A DNA stretch of 64,000 nucleotides. Origin: a virus. Positions 47,158 to 56,678 of the stretch are shown here, piece after piece. Both the position numbers and the translations under genes were made by a program. Under the pieces are notes generated by a model that did no database searches, was not told where the DNA came from, and saw only the letters and a program-made list of their open reading frames with translations. Numbering within the stretch: the stretch's first letter is position 1; every line of letters begins with the position of its first letter. Location of the stretch: IMG/VR virus record IMGVR_UViG_3300045988_183350. The stretch is one strand, 5' to 3'.

Positions 47158-47925
47158 ATGAAAATAGCGGTTATTGGTGACACGCATAAGAATTTTCACA
47201 AGTTCCAAGAAACAGTCATGTATGCAAAACAAAAGCTTGACGCATCTGTTTTGATACAAGTTGGCGATTTTGGATTGACTGGTGATTTCACTTATTATTT
47301 AGAGCAGGTTGAATCATTTTTAAATATAGTAAAAATGAAACTGTATTTTATAGATGGAAACCACGACAACATTGACTGGTTACAATCGAAGGCTATGCGT
47401 GCTGGGCTTACGGCAACTAAAATCAGTAATCATATTTATTATATGCCAAGAGGTTCGCAATTAAATATTGATGGCAAACAGTTTTTCTTTTGCGGTGGTG
47501 GTTTTTCAGCGAATTATAAAAAGCTAACACCTAATGTCACTTATTGGTCAGGGGAAACTTTAACACAAGAAGACCTTACACGTGTAAAGGAAGCTTACCA
47601 TACGCAAGTGAAGCCTTGTGATTATTTTATTTCACACGACACAATTCCTGTATTTAACCATTTGATTTCAATTATACCTAAGTGGTTTGTGAAATGGAAG
47701 TGGCCGACAGACTATAATCACAGACAGTATTTAAAAGAAATGTTTGACTTGTCAGGAGCTAAAACAATTATTCATGGACATTATCATAGTCCGTTGCAAT
47801 TGACTGACGACGGCATTATTGACATAAGTTTGGGCAGTGAAAAGAGTAGTGTAAATGACCGCTGTTATCTGATTGACACAACGAAACCTACTTGTAAATT
47901 GTCAGACAAATTCACTAAAATTTAG
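47158..47925 (+). CDS. Calcineurin-like metallophosphoesterase (Ser/Thr protein phosphatase-like)
   Basis: Motifs GDTH, GDFG, GNHD, HGHYH. Confidence 0.65.
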   Translation: MKIAVIGDTHKNFHKFQETVMYAKQKLDASVLIQVGDFGLTGDFTYYLEQVESFLNIVKMKLYFIDGNHDNIDWLQSKAMRAGLTATKISNHIYYMPRGSQLNIDGKQFFFCGGGFSANYKKLTPNVTYWSGETLTQEDLTRVKEAYHTQVKPCDYFISHDTIPVFNHLISIIPKWFVKWKWPTDYNHRQYLKEMFDLSGAKTIIHGHYHSPLQLTDDGIIDISLGSEKSSVNDRCYLIDTTKPTCKLSDKFTKI

Positions 47926-48228
47926 TGGAAAAAGTTAGCTTTTAGGGCTTACTTTTTTTCAATTTATGATATAATAAAAACATAAATAAAGTTAAGTGTT
48001 GCAAGCCTTTAACAAGCCTGCGATGACTGAAAATATGGTGAAAGGTAACTTATAAAATGCCAAAGGAATTCATTCAATCAATCAACAATTTGGAACCCCA
48101 AGCGACTACAGAAGACATGCAAAAACTGTATGACAGTTTCATGACATTCTGTGCCCAACCTGCACCTGAGATGGTCGCATAATTTTTTTATTTTATTTTA
48201 TTTTATATTAAGGAAGGAACATAATAAT

Positions 48229-48567
48229 ATGTTAAGATTTATTTTTAAAGTAGCGGGAACAACTTTTCGTCCAGAGGCTGTAAAGAAAGTAGCCGACAAA
48301 CTAGGTCGTGGCACTCAGCCTTATGTAAAACTCGAAAAAGAGCCTGACAATCCGTATGACCCAAAAGCCGTTAAAGTAATTGCCGATGGGGAATTTATTG
48401 GTTATGTGCCACAATCTGAGGTTGACAAAGTTCATGACATTTTGGATAACTCTGAAAATACTGTGATTGTGAATACACTTCGTCGTACAGGGTCAGGCTA
48501 TCAAAATATTGGGTTCTTGGTAACGACATATTATGGTCCTGATTATGACGAGGACGAAGTGATTTAA
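48229..48567 (+). CDS. HIRAN-domain protein
   Basis: 'VAGTTFRPEAV...PDNPYDPKAVKVIADGEFIGYVPQSEVDKVHDIL' fits the HIRAN consensus (the track ORF begins at 48151; start chosen after RBS AAGGAAGG). Confidence 0.55.
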   Translation: MLRFIFKVAGTTFRPEAVKKVADKLGRGTQPYVKLEKEPDNPYDPKAVKVIADGEFIGYVPQSEVDKVHDILDNSENTVIVNTLRRTGSGYQNIGFLVTTYYGPDYDEDEVI

Positions 48568-48599
48568 AACTTGTATTTTACATACAGGTTTTTTATTTT

Positions 48600-48845
48600 T
48601 ACTTATAGCATACTTTTAGCATGCTATAAAATCGCCTAAAAATCGTCTTTTTTCGCCCGACAAAATCAATTTTGTAGACAAAACGTGTACGAAGCCTTGT
48701 CTACCAATTAAAAGATAGCGTAGCTATTAAAGTTTTGGTATTCAAAGCTTCGCGTGAGTTTTTGTTAAAAAATTGGTCTAATCGGGCGCGTTTTACGATT
48801 TTGTGATAAAGTTACAAACTTAATTTTAAAATAAGTTATTTTTAT
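48600..48845. repeat. Inverted-repeat arm, partner of 39760-39995
   Basis: Reverse complement aligns with 39760-39995. Confidence 0.7.
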
Positions 48846-48914
48846 AAAAAGGTTTACTTTTATTAAATAATGTGGTATAATTAGTTTATCAACGAATGAA
48901 AAGGAGATAAACAA

Positions 48915-49097
48915 ATGTTTAATAAACGAGATTTTGTCAAAGTAGTTGACAGCAACGACCCAATGTTTGGTAAAATTGGCGTTGTACAGGAATTTTATCC
49001 ATTGTCTGGTACTGTACAAGTACAATTTCCACGTGAGTCTGTTGGATTATATACATATCTTTCGTGGCAACTTGAATTAACTCAAGATTGGGTTTAA
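48915..49097 (+). CDS. Small hypothetical protein
   Basis: 60 aa; RBS AAAGGAG; conserved promoter at 48851-48881. Confidence 0.45.
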   Translation: MFNKRDFVKVVDSNDPMFGKIGVVQEFYPLSGTVQVQFPRESVGLYTYLSWQLELTQDWV

Positions 49098-49130
49098 CAA
49101 ATTAATTATATTTGCAAGATGCGATATAAT

Positions 49131-49160
49131 TAAATTAAATTAAATTAAATTAAATTAAAT
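49131..49160. repeat. (TAAAT)6 pentanucleotide microsatellite in the 5' leader of CDS 49182
   Basis: Direct reading: taaattaaattaaattaaattaaattaaat. Confidence 0.8.
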
Positions 49161-49181
49161 AATTTAAAAGGAGTTTCAACT

Positions 49182-49604
49182 ATGCAAGTTGACAAAAAAA
49201 TTTTATTTAAACTTGAGATGATTCCAGACAATAAGGTTACCGAGGAAAAATTGTTGCCGGATTTTGAAACAACGGCTATTGCTGCAAAGAAAGACCGACT
49301 TTTGCGTGAGATTAATAAAAAGATTGAACGCTTGATTGCAAATGGATTTGACAACAAGCAACCTGTTGACGGATTAACGATTGGTTTCAAAGACATTTTT
49401 GTTGGGGGTCAAACAAATCAAATGACAGTTAGTTACAAATTCAATCGCGAGTACACAGATGCGATTGACCAAAAGCTTTACGAGGCAACTGACTTAATTG
49501 CTCAAGAGTTTGTGAAAAATTTCACAATGTATTTTGATTATCGTGCGATTGACCTTAACCGTTACAAAGGAATGGTTAGAGCTGTAGGTTATTCAATTAA
49601 TTAA
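49182..49604 (+). CDS. Hypothetical protein
   Basis: 140 aa; RBS AAAGGAG. Confidence 0.5.
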   Translation: MQVDKKILFKLEMIPDNKVTEEKLLPDFETTAIAAKKDRLLREINKKIERLIANGFDNKQPVDGLTIGFKDIFVGGQTNQMTVSYKFNREYTDAIDQKLYEATDLIAQEFVKNFTMYFDYRAIDLNRYKGMVRAVGYSIN

Positions 49605-49614
49605 GGAAGAACAA

Positions 49615-49944
49615 ATGATTTTAGTAAAGATTAATGACAAGAAGTCGTCAAATTATAATAAGATTGCTCAAGTGACACGTGAATTGCCTGACACTTATTT
49701 CGTCAAATTTTCAGATGGTCGTTTTCGCGAGTATGGCAAAAATGCCGTTGACGTGATTTCGGATATTGACGAGTTGTCTACAATCGTAGACAAAAAATAT
49801 GTGATTAAAGTGGCAGGACGTTACTTAAATCCGAATTACATTGAGTGGACGCTTTCACCATTTAAGTCAAGCGAATGCTGTGTCACTGAGTCTTGGATTG
49901 ATGAGCATTGTCCTGAATTAAAACAATTTGCAGAAGAAGTTTAG
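49615..49944 (+). CDS. Hypothetical protein
   Basis: 109 aa; RBS AAGGAAG. Confidence 0.5.
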   Translation: MILVKINDKKSSNYNKIAQVTRELPDTYFVKFSDGRFREYGKNAVDVISDIDELSTIVDKKYVIKVAGRYLNPNYIEWTLSPFKSSECCVTESWIDEHCPELKQFAEEV

Positions 49945-49976
49945 GCTTCTTTTTTATTAAACGAAAGGAATTTAAT

Positions 49977-50465
49977 ATGAAAACTGTAATTTTTCTTGAC
50001 GTTGATGGCGTTTTAAATGGTGGGTCAACTGAATCTGATAAAGACTTGGACCCACGTTATATTGCGAATTTTAAAAAATTAGTTGATGTTACGAAAGCTG
50101 ATGTTGTCTTGTCGTCAGCCTGGTTGAATTTTTTCGAAGTAGACGGCGACTACTTTTATCCTGTCTCAAGAAGAGGTTATTGGTTGACAGATGCACTTGC
50201 TGAAGTTGGCATTACAATTAAAGATTTGTTGCATAAGCCCTATGATTTCAATAAATCAAGAGGTGACCAAATTGCAGATTATTTAGACACTCATGACTAT
50301 GACAACTTTATTATTCTTGACGACGACTCGCCTGTGCATGACTACTTAGTTGACAATTGGATTGAGACTGATTATGGTGGACGTTTGCCAATTAATCCTG
50401 AGACTGAGGGATTTAATGATAAAAAGCTTGATGAGGCATTGGCTCTTTATTATAGTTTCACATAA
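49977..50465 (+). CDS. HAD-superfamily phosphatase-like protein
   Basis: Motif I 'VIFLDVDGVLN'; Asp-rich C-terminal half. Confidence 0.5.
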   Translation: MKTVIFLDVDGVLNGGSTESDKDLDPRYIANFKKLVDVTKADVVLSSAWLNFFEVDGDYFYPVSRRGYWLTDALAEVGITIKDLLHKPYDFNKSRGDQIADYLDTHDYDNFIILDDDSPVHDYLVDNWIETDYGGRLPINPETEGFNDKKLDEALALYYSFT

Positions 50466-50557
50466 TTTAATCTTATAAAAGTGAATTTTATGGTTCACTT
50501 TTATTTTTTTTGTGATATAATTTAAATTATAAAATATTATAAAGTGAGGAATCGCCT

Positions 50558-51049
50558 ATGAATAACAAACAATTGCAAACAGCATTAGAGATTGCGACAA
50601 TGGCACATAAGAATGTGACAAGGCGAAACGGTGACCCTTACATTTTCCATCCTTGCCGTGTTGCGAACAATAGCCGATATATCAAAACAAAGCTCCAGAA
50701 AACGGCAGCTTTACTCCATGATGTGATTGAGGACACGCCATATGATGAGCAGTTTTTGATTCAGCAAGGTATCGGCCAGGAAGTGGTTAACGTACTTAAA
50801 CTGTTGACACATGATAAGGAAAATGTCAGTTATGAATCTTACATTGACAAGATTTGTACAAATCCCGATGCCATGCTTGTGAAACTGTCGGACTTGGCAG
50901 ACAACCTTGACCAAGGAACGCTTGACGTGATTCAAGAGCGTGACAAAGAGCGATTTGTTACTTATAGCAATGCCCAATGTAAAATCATGGCAACGCTTGC
51001 AATCGACTATCCGGAATTGTTTAAGACAATTTTAACGACACATTATTAA
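50558..51049 (+). CDS. HD-domain phosphohydrolase, SpoT/Mesh1-like (possible small alarmone hydrolase)
   Basis: 'MAHKNVTRRNGDPYIFHPCRVANN...AALLHDVIEDT' matches the HD-domain metal-binding pattern of RelA/SpoT hydrolase domains. Confidence 0.5.
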   Translation: MNNKQLQTALEIATMAHKNVTRRNGDPYIFHPCRVANNSRYIKTKLQKTAALLHDVIEDTPYDEQFLIQQGIGQEVVNVLKLLTHDKENVSYESYIDKICTNPDAMLVKLSDLADNLDQGTLDVIQERDKERFVTYSNAQCKIMATLAIDYPELFKTILTTHY

Positions 51050-51069
51050 GAAAATTGAGGTAAAATACA

Positions 51070-51555
51070 TTGAAAAATCCATACAAACAACTACTTGACG
51101 AATTGAATTCAGAGAACTTTTACGCATCATTTATTACAGGTAATGATTATGCGAATAAAGAAGACAATTATATTCCCGAGCTTTTAATTTATGGCCGAAA
51201 TGATTCATTGCCATACGTAAAAGTAAATAATGATTCGACATTCCAAATGCTTAGTTTTGGGCAATTCTTGTTTGATACAAAATCGGCATTTAGTGGACAG
51301 TCATTCACATTTACACCAGCCGAACACTTGGATATTCAGCATTGGGTCTTTGTTTATGACGAGCTTAACGACTTACAAAGACAAAAATTTGAAGATGGGC
51401 TTGACGTCACTTATAAGAAACAAGGCTTTATTACAAATACTGTTCATGTGAGCAGTTTAGCTGAATTTTTTGTAAAATATCAAGATGACATTGTTAAATA
51501 TAAAGTTCGTCCGGAAGAATTGATTATTGCAAGTAGCGAGGACGACGCGAAATGA
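51070..51555 (+). CDS. Hypothetical protein (TTG start)
   Basis: 161 aa; RBS TGAGG. Confidence 0.4.
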   Translation: MKNPYKQLLDELNSENFYASFITGNDYANKEDNYIPELLIYGRNDSLPYVKVNNDSTFQMLSFGQFLFDTKSAFSGQSFTFTPAEHLDIQHWVFVYDELNDLQRQKFEDGLDVTYKKQGFITNTVHVSSLAEFFVKYQDDIVKYKVRPEELIIASSEDDAK

Positions 51556-52007
51556 AAGAACTTCGAGTAATTTATATCAGTTTGTCCGGCAATACGGCAA
51601 GTTTTGTAAAGCGCCTCGCTGAGCATATGGCTTTGTGGCGTGATGTTATAATTAATGCGACGAATGTTTATGATTTAGTCAAAAATGACGTGGCCTTTTC
51701 AGTCGAGTCTGAACCTTTTGTCATTTTTTTGCCAACTTATCTTGAAGGTGGAGATGGCGTTGAGACGGGGACAACTGAAGTTTTGACGACACCGCTTCGT
51801 GATTACATGGGTTATCAGAATAATTACAAACAATGTTTAGGTGTTATTGGTTCAGGAAATCGTAATTTTAACGAGCAATATTGCCTAACTGCCAAACAGT
51901 ACAGCGAGCAATTTAGTTTTCCAGTATTAGACACGTTTGAGCTTCGTGGCACTCAAAAAGATATTGAGCGTATTGCAGATAAGCTTGTTTCATTGATGAA
52001 TAAGTGA
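51552..52007 (+). CDS. nrdI: NrdI-like flavodoxin
   Basis: 'LRVIYISLSGNTASFVKRLAE' matches the NrdI N-terminal FMN-binding motif (xVYxSxxGNTxxFVxxL). Confidence 0.6.
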   Translation: MKELRVIYISLSGNTASFVKRLAEHMALWRDVIINATNVYDLVKNDVAFSVESEPFVIFLPTYLEGGDGVETGTTEVLTTPLRDYMGYQNNYKQCLGVIGSGNRNFNEQYCLTAKQYSEQFSFPVLDTFELRGTQKDIERIADKLVSLMNK

Positions 52008-52022
52008 AAGGGTTGAAATTTT

Positions 52023-52412
52023 ATGTTAAATTTTAAACAACTGGACCATTCACAGTTAGTTGCAATTAATGATAAGGCAAATGAATTGTATGGGCGAGTA
52101 GCTTTAGTGCCTTTGACGCCTATGGTTTATACAAGTAATATTGATTTTGGCAAGTCGAAAGAATTGCTTGGAACTGTGAAGTCTGAACTTTTGACAGTTT
52201 ATGACGACACAATTAGTGATGGTTTAATTGATTTTATAGAGTATATTCATAAGCAAACAAATCTTAATCAAGGTGTGCGTTTGACCGATTGTTTGATTGT
52301 TGTTGAGCATGTGAAAACTGAAACAATTAAAGATACAAAGCAGTATCACGGGTCATTTGATTTGGATAAGGTAATGTATGTTTATGGATTTCATTTAGTA
52401 GAGGTTGAATAA
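52023..52412 (+). CDS. Hypothetical protein
   Basis: 129 aa. Confidence 0.45.
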   Translation: MLNFKQLDHSQLVAINDKANELYGRVALVPLTPMVYTSNIDFGKSKELLGTVKSELLTVYDDTISDGLIDFIEYIHKQTNLNQGVRLTDCLIVVEHVKTETIKDTKQYHGSFDLDKVMYVYGFHLVEVE

Positions 52413-52777
52413 TGAAAAAAACAAAATTTTATAAAGATGACAAACAATTTTATATTGTCGATAAGGATTCTTGGGCTGAATTTGCCCAAGAAATGATTAA
52501 CCTAGGTTTTGAATGGTCCGGTCATTCAAAAATTGATACAAAATTGGCACAAAATCATGGACTAAAGGTTGAATACATGTCAGGACAAAAACCTTTTGTC
52601 GTTAATGTATATGACCCTGACGCAAAATTGATTTGTTATTCGATGCTTGAGGCATTAGACCCAGACGTTATTGATAATGTCGTATATTGTATTAGTGCAA
52701 TGACACAACGTGAAACCAAATCGTATTTAAAAGCTCTTAAAAAGGCTGAGGACGAACGAAAAAATAAAGAAGAATAG
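52412..52777 (+). CDS. Hypothetical protein
   Basis: 121 aa. Confidence 0.45.
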   Translation: MKKTKFYKDDKQFYIVDKDSWAEFAQEMINLGFEWSGHSKIDTKLAQNHGLKVEYMSGQKPFVVNVYDPDAKLICYSMLEALDPDVIDNVVYCISAMTQRETKSYLKALKKAEDERKNKEE

Positions 52778-52790
52778 AGGATATTTAATT

Positions 52791-53258
52791 ATGACAATTA
52801 TGGAAAAAATTAATGCAGACATGAAAACTGCAATGAAAGCAAAAGACAAGGTGACATTGGGAGTACTTCGCTCAATGAAAGCTGCAATTGTGAAAGAATC
52901 ACAAGCAAAAAATCAACACAATTCAGAAGATGTGATTGAGTTGACAGCTTTAACTAAAGAAGTGAAGTCACGTCAAAAATCAATTGAAGAATATCGCGAA
53001 AAAACAACTCGTCAAGATAAGATTGACGAATTGGAAGCTGAAATCGCAATTATTGAAGCTTACACACCGAAACCTTTAACTGAAGATGAGGTTAAAGGCA
53101 TTGTAAATACAGTAGTCGCTGATTATGGCAAGCCTGTTGATGAGCTTAGCATGAAAGACATGAACCCATTGATTAACAGTGCAAAGGCTAAAATTGGACC
53201 AGCAGCTGATGGTGAACTTATCTCAAATCTTGTACGTAACATTATTCAAGGGAAGTAA
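52791..53258 (+). CDS. GatB/YqeY-domain protein
   Basis: 'MEKINADMKTAMKAKDKVTLGVLRSMKAAIVKE' is typical of the YqeY family. Confidence 0.55.
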   Translation: MTIMEKINADMKTAMKAKDKVTLGVLRSMKAAIVKESQAKNQHNSEDVIELTALTKEVKSRQKSIEEYREKTTRQDKIDELEAEIAIIEAYTPKPLTEDEVKGIVNTVVADYGKPVDELSMKDMNPLINSAKAKIGPAADGELISNLVRNIIQGK

Positions 53259-53263
53259 TTTTT

Positions 53264-53530
53264 ATGAATAATATTGACGAATTGTTATTGAAGTCGCCTG
53301 AGTATGAGATTATAGACAAAATTCGAACAAGTGTTAGTTATGTCAAAGATTTTAGACTCGGTGACGTGATTCAGTGGAAAATGGAAAGTTATAAAACTGT
53401 TGGCTCAAAACAGTTGTCGTTTACAGTGTATCTTAATGGCAAACTTTTGGCTAAACATATACCTGCCAATCGTTTAGGGACATGGCTTGAATTTTTAAAA
53501 CTAGAAGATATAGCCACTCAGGATTATTGA
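53264..53530 (+). CDS. Hypothetical protein
   Basis: 88 aa. Confidence 0.45.
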   Translation: MNNIDELLLKSPEYEIIDKIRTSVSYVKDFRLGDVIQWKMESYKTVGSKQLSFTVYLNGKLLAKHIPANRLGTWLEFLKLEDIATQDY

Positions 53531-53631
53531 GTGGTTATTTTTTTCATATAAGGCTTACTTTTTTCGCGATTCATGGTATAATAAGTATATGTAAGATAAA
53601 ACAAAATGCAAGGAAAGGATTTAAAAAAAAT

Positions 53632-54711
53632 ATGAGACCTATTATTGATTTAGGTTTTAATTACAAAGGTGTTATGTGTTTTAACGACGGTAAAGCATAT
53701 GTACTTTGTGATTCGAACCTATGGCCAATCGGCCGTGTCCAGGTATCACTACCTAAAAAATTGCATTCGATTTACCGAATGATTGGCTTTGACGAAGACG
53801 GAAATGAGACTGAGTTTACATTTAATCGCTTTATGAATGACTATGACACGCATAAAGTGATTGAGACATATAACAAAGGCAAACTTGCCAAAATGATTTC
53901 AGACGCATTTCCACGAACAATTACATATCCAAAGTGGTACACACCACGACAAAATATCGCTGAAATTAATCAGCTAGCAAAGGAAGAATTAAAAAATAAT
54001 CCAATTAATGACTATCAAGTATCACGAACACGTAAACGAATCTTTAAAGAATACCATGGTATTTTAAAATATTTGCGCAAAAATACAAAAGCCTACACGC
54101 TAAACGGAGAGTTGATTGTCAGTGCAGGGTCATTGTATTTGCCTGACGGTGCGGTGGAATACAGTTTACCAGACGTAATGGCAGATGTGAGTAAATTAGT
54201 TTGCCGTATTTCAAATCGCGAATTTGAATATACCTTAAATGCGTATGAACGCAGTATGAAGACTAATGATTTTATGTACAATCAGTTGCCGATTATTTTT
54301 AGTACTCTCGAGATAGCCGGCGATAAAATCAGCATTGAATCTCTCGACGAGCGAGACTTTTTAGCTGAGAATATCGCCGAGTTTGCCGAGAGACTCAATC
54401 TGGAATTACCTGAGGAAACAATAAAATTTAAGTGGTCGACAATCGGTGATAAAATTGTTGCAAGAAAAGTTAGAGCAACGTATACAGGTCGTGTGCCAAA
54501 GCTTGAGTATGGTAAGATTATTTCAAATAAAAATATGGCTGACACATTGCAGGCACTGAATTTGATTGACCCTCAAACACGACAGTCTGAAAATGACCAT
54601 GTTTGGGGAACGATTTTCGAAGCATTGATTTATATTGCGAACAAGCAAAAAGCGTATGAGACCATTGACAAACTCATCAAAAAATTAGTACGAACGGGGA
54701 AAGGATGGTAA
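53632..54711 (+). CDS. Hypothetical protein
   Basis: Start MRPIIDLG after promoter 53551-53583 and RBS AAGGAAAGGA (the track ORF begins at 53527, upstream of the promoter). Confidence 0.5.
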   Translation: MRPIIDLGFNYKGVMCFNDGKAYVLCDSNLWPIGRVQVSLPKKLHSIYRMIGFDEDGNETEFTFNRFMNDYDTHKVIETYNKGKLAKMISDAFPRTITYPKWYTPRQNIAEINQLAKEELKNNPINDYQVSRTRKRIFKEYHGILKYLRKNTKAYTLNGELIVSAGSLYLPDGAVEYSLPDVMADVSKLVCRISNREFEYTLNAYERSMKTNDFMYNQLPIIFSTLEIAGDKISIESLDERDFLAENIAEFAERLNLELPEETIKFKWSTIGDKIVARKVRATYTGRVPKLEYGKIISNKNMADTLQALNLIDPQTRQSENDHVWGTIFEALIYIANKQKAYETIDKLIKKLVRTGKGW

Positions 54712-54859
54712 ATGAATGATAGCTGTATTATGGGCTATTGCAACACTAGCTCAATTAGTGGTTCTGCCAAAATTAAATAAACGATTTATCCGAAATTACC
54801 TTAGACTGGTATACTCATCAGCTGAGCTATGATATTTACGTGAATGCCATTCGGGTGTT

Positions 54860-55066
54860 ATGAATATACCATACATGGAAATTTGTTTCATGACAAATGT
54901 AATTACGTATATTTTAGTTTTTATCGGAATTTGTAAAACTTTAGGTACAGTTGCTGGAGTATTATTTATGGCAGTAATCGCATTTGTTATTTATTATTGG
55001 ATGTGTAAGGCTATTGCTGCATATATTCGCGAGGATGCGAATAAACATGCAATGATTAAAATTTAA
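54860..55066 (+). CDS. Small membrane protein, first member of the tandem small-TM-protein array (C-terminus ...AMIKI)
   Basis: Two TM segments; weak RBS; C-terminal IKI. Confidence 0.4.
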   Translation: MNIPYMEICFMTNVITYILVFIGICKTLGTVAGVLFMAVIAFVIYYWMCKAIAAYIREDANKHAMIKI

Positions 55067-55083
55067 GAAAGGAATTTTACAAT

Positions 55084-55131
55084 GAGACGATTTTTGTCAT
55101 ATATTTATTATCTTATTGGCCATTATTAGTT
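55084..55131 (+). CDS. Tiny ORF (MRRFLSYIYYLIGHY), duplicated at 55545-55592; likely a remnant/junction micro-ORF of the array
   Basis: Perfect array junction AAGAAAGGAATTTTACA-ATG upstream; identical copy about 460 bp downstream. Confidence 0.3.
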
Positions 55132-55191
55132 TTTAGTAATGATGGCTAAATAATCAATTGGAAAGATTAAACTTTAAGAAAGGAAGATTAA

Positions 55192-55512
55192 ATGGATGTC
55201 ATTATTTTATGGTTAAATATGTTTTGCCAAATCTTAGCCATATGTTCGGGAATGTTTAATATGCCATTGGCCGTAATTGTACTAATATATTTCGCTAAAT
55301 TTTGCAAATCTAAATTTAAACAAACGTATGTATTTGTTTTTGTAATTGGCATGGGTATTTATTTTATAATTAGCTCATCAGTAATTTTCTTTACTGTAAA
55401 TTATTTTATCGATTACGGTTGGCTTGTCGGGCTTATACAATTAGCATTTTTTGGAATTAATGCGCTGATTGGACGGATTTTAGCTAAGGCTGGCGATAAC
55501 ATAATCGAATAA
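55192..55512 (+). CDS. Array member (106 aa, three TM; C-terminus ...DNIIE, divergent)
   Basis: RBS AAGAAAGGAAG; hydrophobic. Confidence 0.5.
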   Translation: MDVIILWLNMFCQILAICSGMFNMPLAVIVLIYFAKFCKSKFKQTYVFVFVIGMGIYFIISSSVIFFTVNYFIDYGWLVGLIQLAFFGINALIGRILAKAGDNIIE

Positions 55513-55682
55513 CCATATTATAAACTTAAACTTTAAGAAAGGAATTTTATAATGAGACGATTTTTGTCATATATTTATTATCTTATTGGTCATTACTAAA
55601 AATTAGTAATGACCGACGTAAAAACAGTAGCTAATATGAAAGCTACGTATCACAAAATTAAAATTTAAGAACGGAGCTTAAA

Positions 55683-56000
55683 ATGAATGCGCTTTTGTTT
55701 TCGGCCATTATATTTTTAGTTATTATTAATTTATTGGCGTTAATGTTTACTGGTCGTACGTTTCTCGAAACATATAATATTGAAGACTCATTTGGATATA
55801 CCTTTGCTTTATCAGTGTTGGTTGTACTAGCGTTTGTAACAAATGCAGTCTTGGTGGTTACACTTAATGAATCTAATCAAAATGGGCTATCGTTTTTAAT
55901 ACAAATTGGCATTTTAATTACTTGTATTTTATTGATTAAATTATTTGATAATGTTGATTACAAACGTAATGTAAAGCCATATTTGCGAATTAAAATTTAA
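55683..56000 (+). CDS. Array member (105 aa; C-terminus YKRNVKPYLRIKI)
   Basis: Paralog of 56016-56324. Confidence 0.55.
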   Translation: MNALLFSAIIFLVIINLLALMFTGRTFLETYNIEDSFGYTFALSVLVVLAFVTNAVLVVTLNESNQNGLSFLIQIGILITCILLIKLFDNVDYKRNVKPYLRIKI

Positions 56001-56015
56001 GAAAGGAGACTTATA

Positions 56016-56324
56016 ATGAGTAATATGTTAAATAATATATTTACAGTATTATTTATAGCTAACCTATTGGCAACAGTGTACTCAAGTGTTGTTATTGCCA
56101 ATATATATGAAGACGATGTATGTTCGGATGAGGCAATTCCAGCCTTATACGCCGGCACATATGGCTTAACTCTATTACTTACATTAAAATTGACTGAATA
56201 TAATATTAATTTGGCATTGTTAATTCCAATTGTTGCTTCAATTGTTAATGTTGTAGTTGCTAAATTAGCTATTAGAGTCGATTACAAACGTAATGTAAAA
56301 CCATATTTGCAAATTAAGTTTTAA
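56016..56324 (+). CDS. Array member (102 aa; C-terminus YKRNVKPYLQIKF)
   Basis: Junction TTAAAATTTAAGAAAGGAG. Confidence 0.55.
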   Translation: MSNMLNNIFTVLFIANLLATVYSSVVIANIYEDDVCSDEAIPALYAGTYGLTLLLTLKLTEYNINLALLIPIVASIVNVVVAKLAIRVDYKRNVKPYLQIKF

Positions 56325-56339
56325 GAAAGGAAAATACCG

Positions 56340-56660
56340 ATGACATATTTATTATTAATTTTCATAGCAATATTTTTATGTTTTATTAATACGGCTATAA
56401 CAATGCGTGTAGCTGACAACGTTTGTGTTTCATATGAAATTAATGATGATATAAAAGTATTGACAGATTCCTTTGTAGGCGCGATTGCATTCGTTGCATG
56501 TTTAGTTTTGGTGCATTTAGGTTGGGTTTTCGATAACCTTGACTTCATTATATTAATATTAATTGGAATTTTCATTGCATGTTCCGCAGTGTCCTTGATT
56601 ACGGCTACCCCTACCTATAAAACAAATATTAAGCCAGCCCTTCATAAAATTAAACTTTAA
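56340..56660 (+). CDS. Array member (106 aa; C-terminus ...KPALHKIKL)
   Basis: TM-rich. Confidence 0.55.
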   Translation: MTYLLLIFIAIFLCFINTAITMRVADNVCVSYEINDDIKVLTDSFVGAIAFVACLVLVHLGWVFDNLDFIILILIGIFIACSAVSLITATPTYKTNIKPALHKIKL

Positions 56661-56678
56661 GAAAGGAGACTAAAAACA

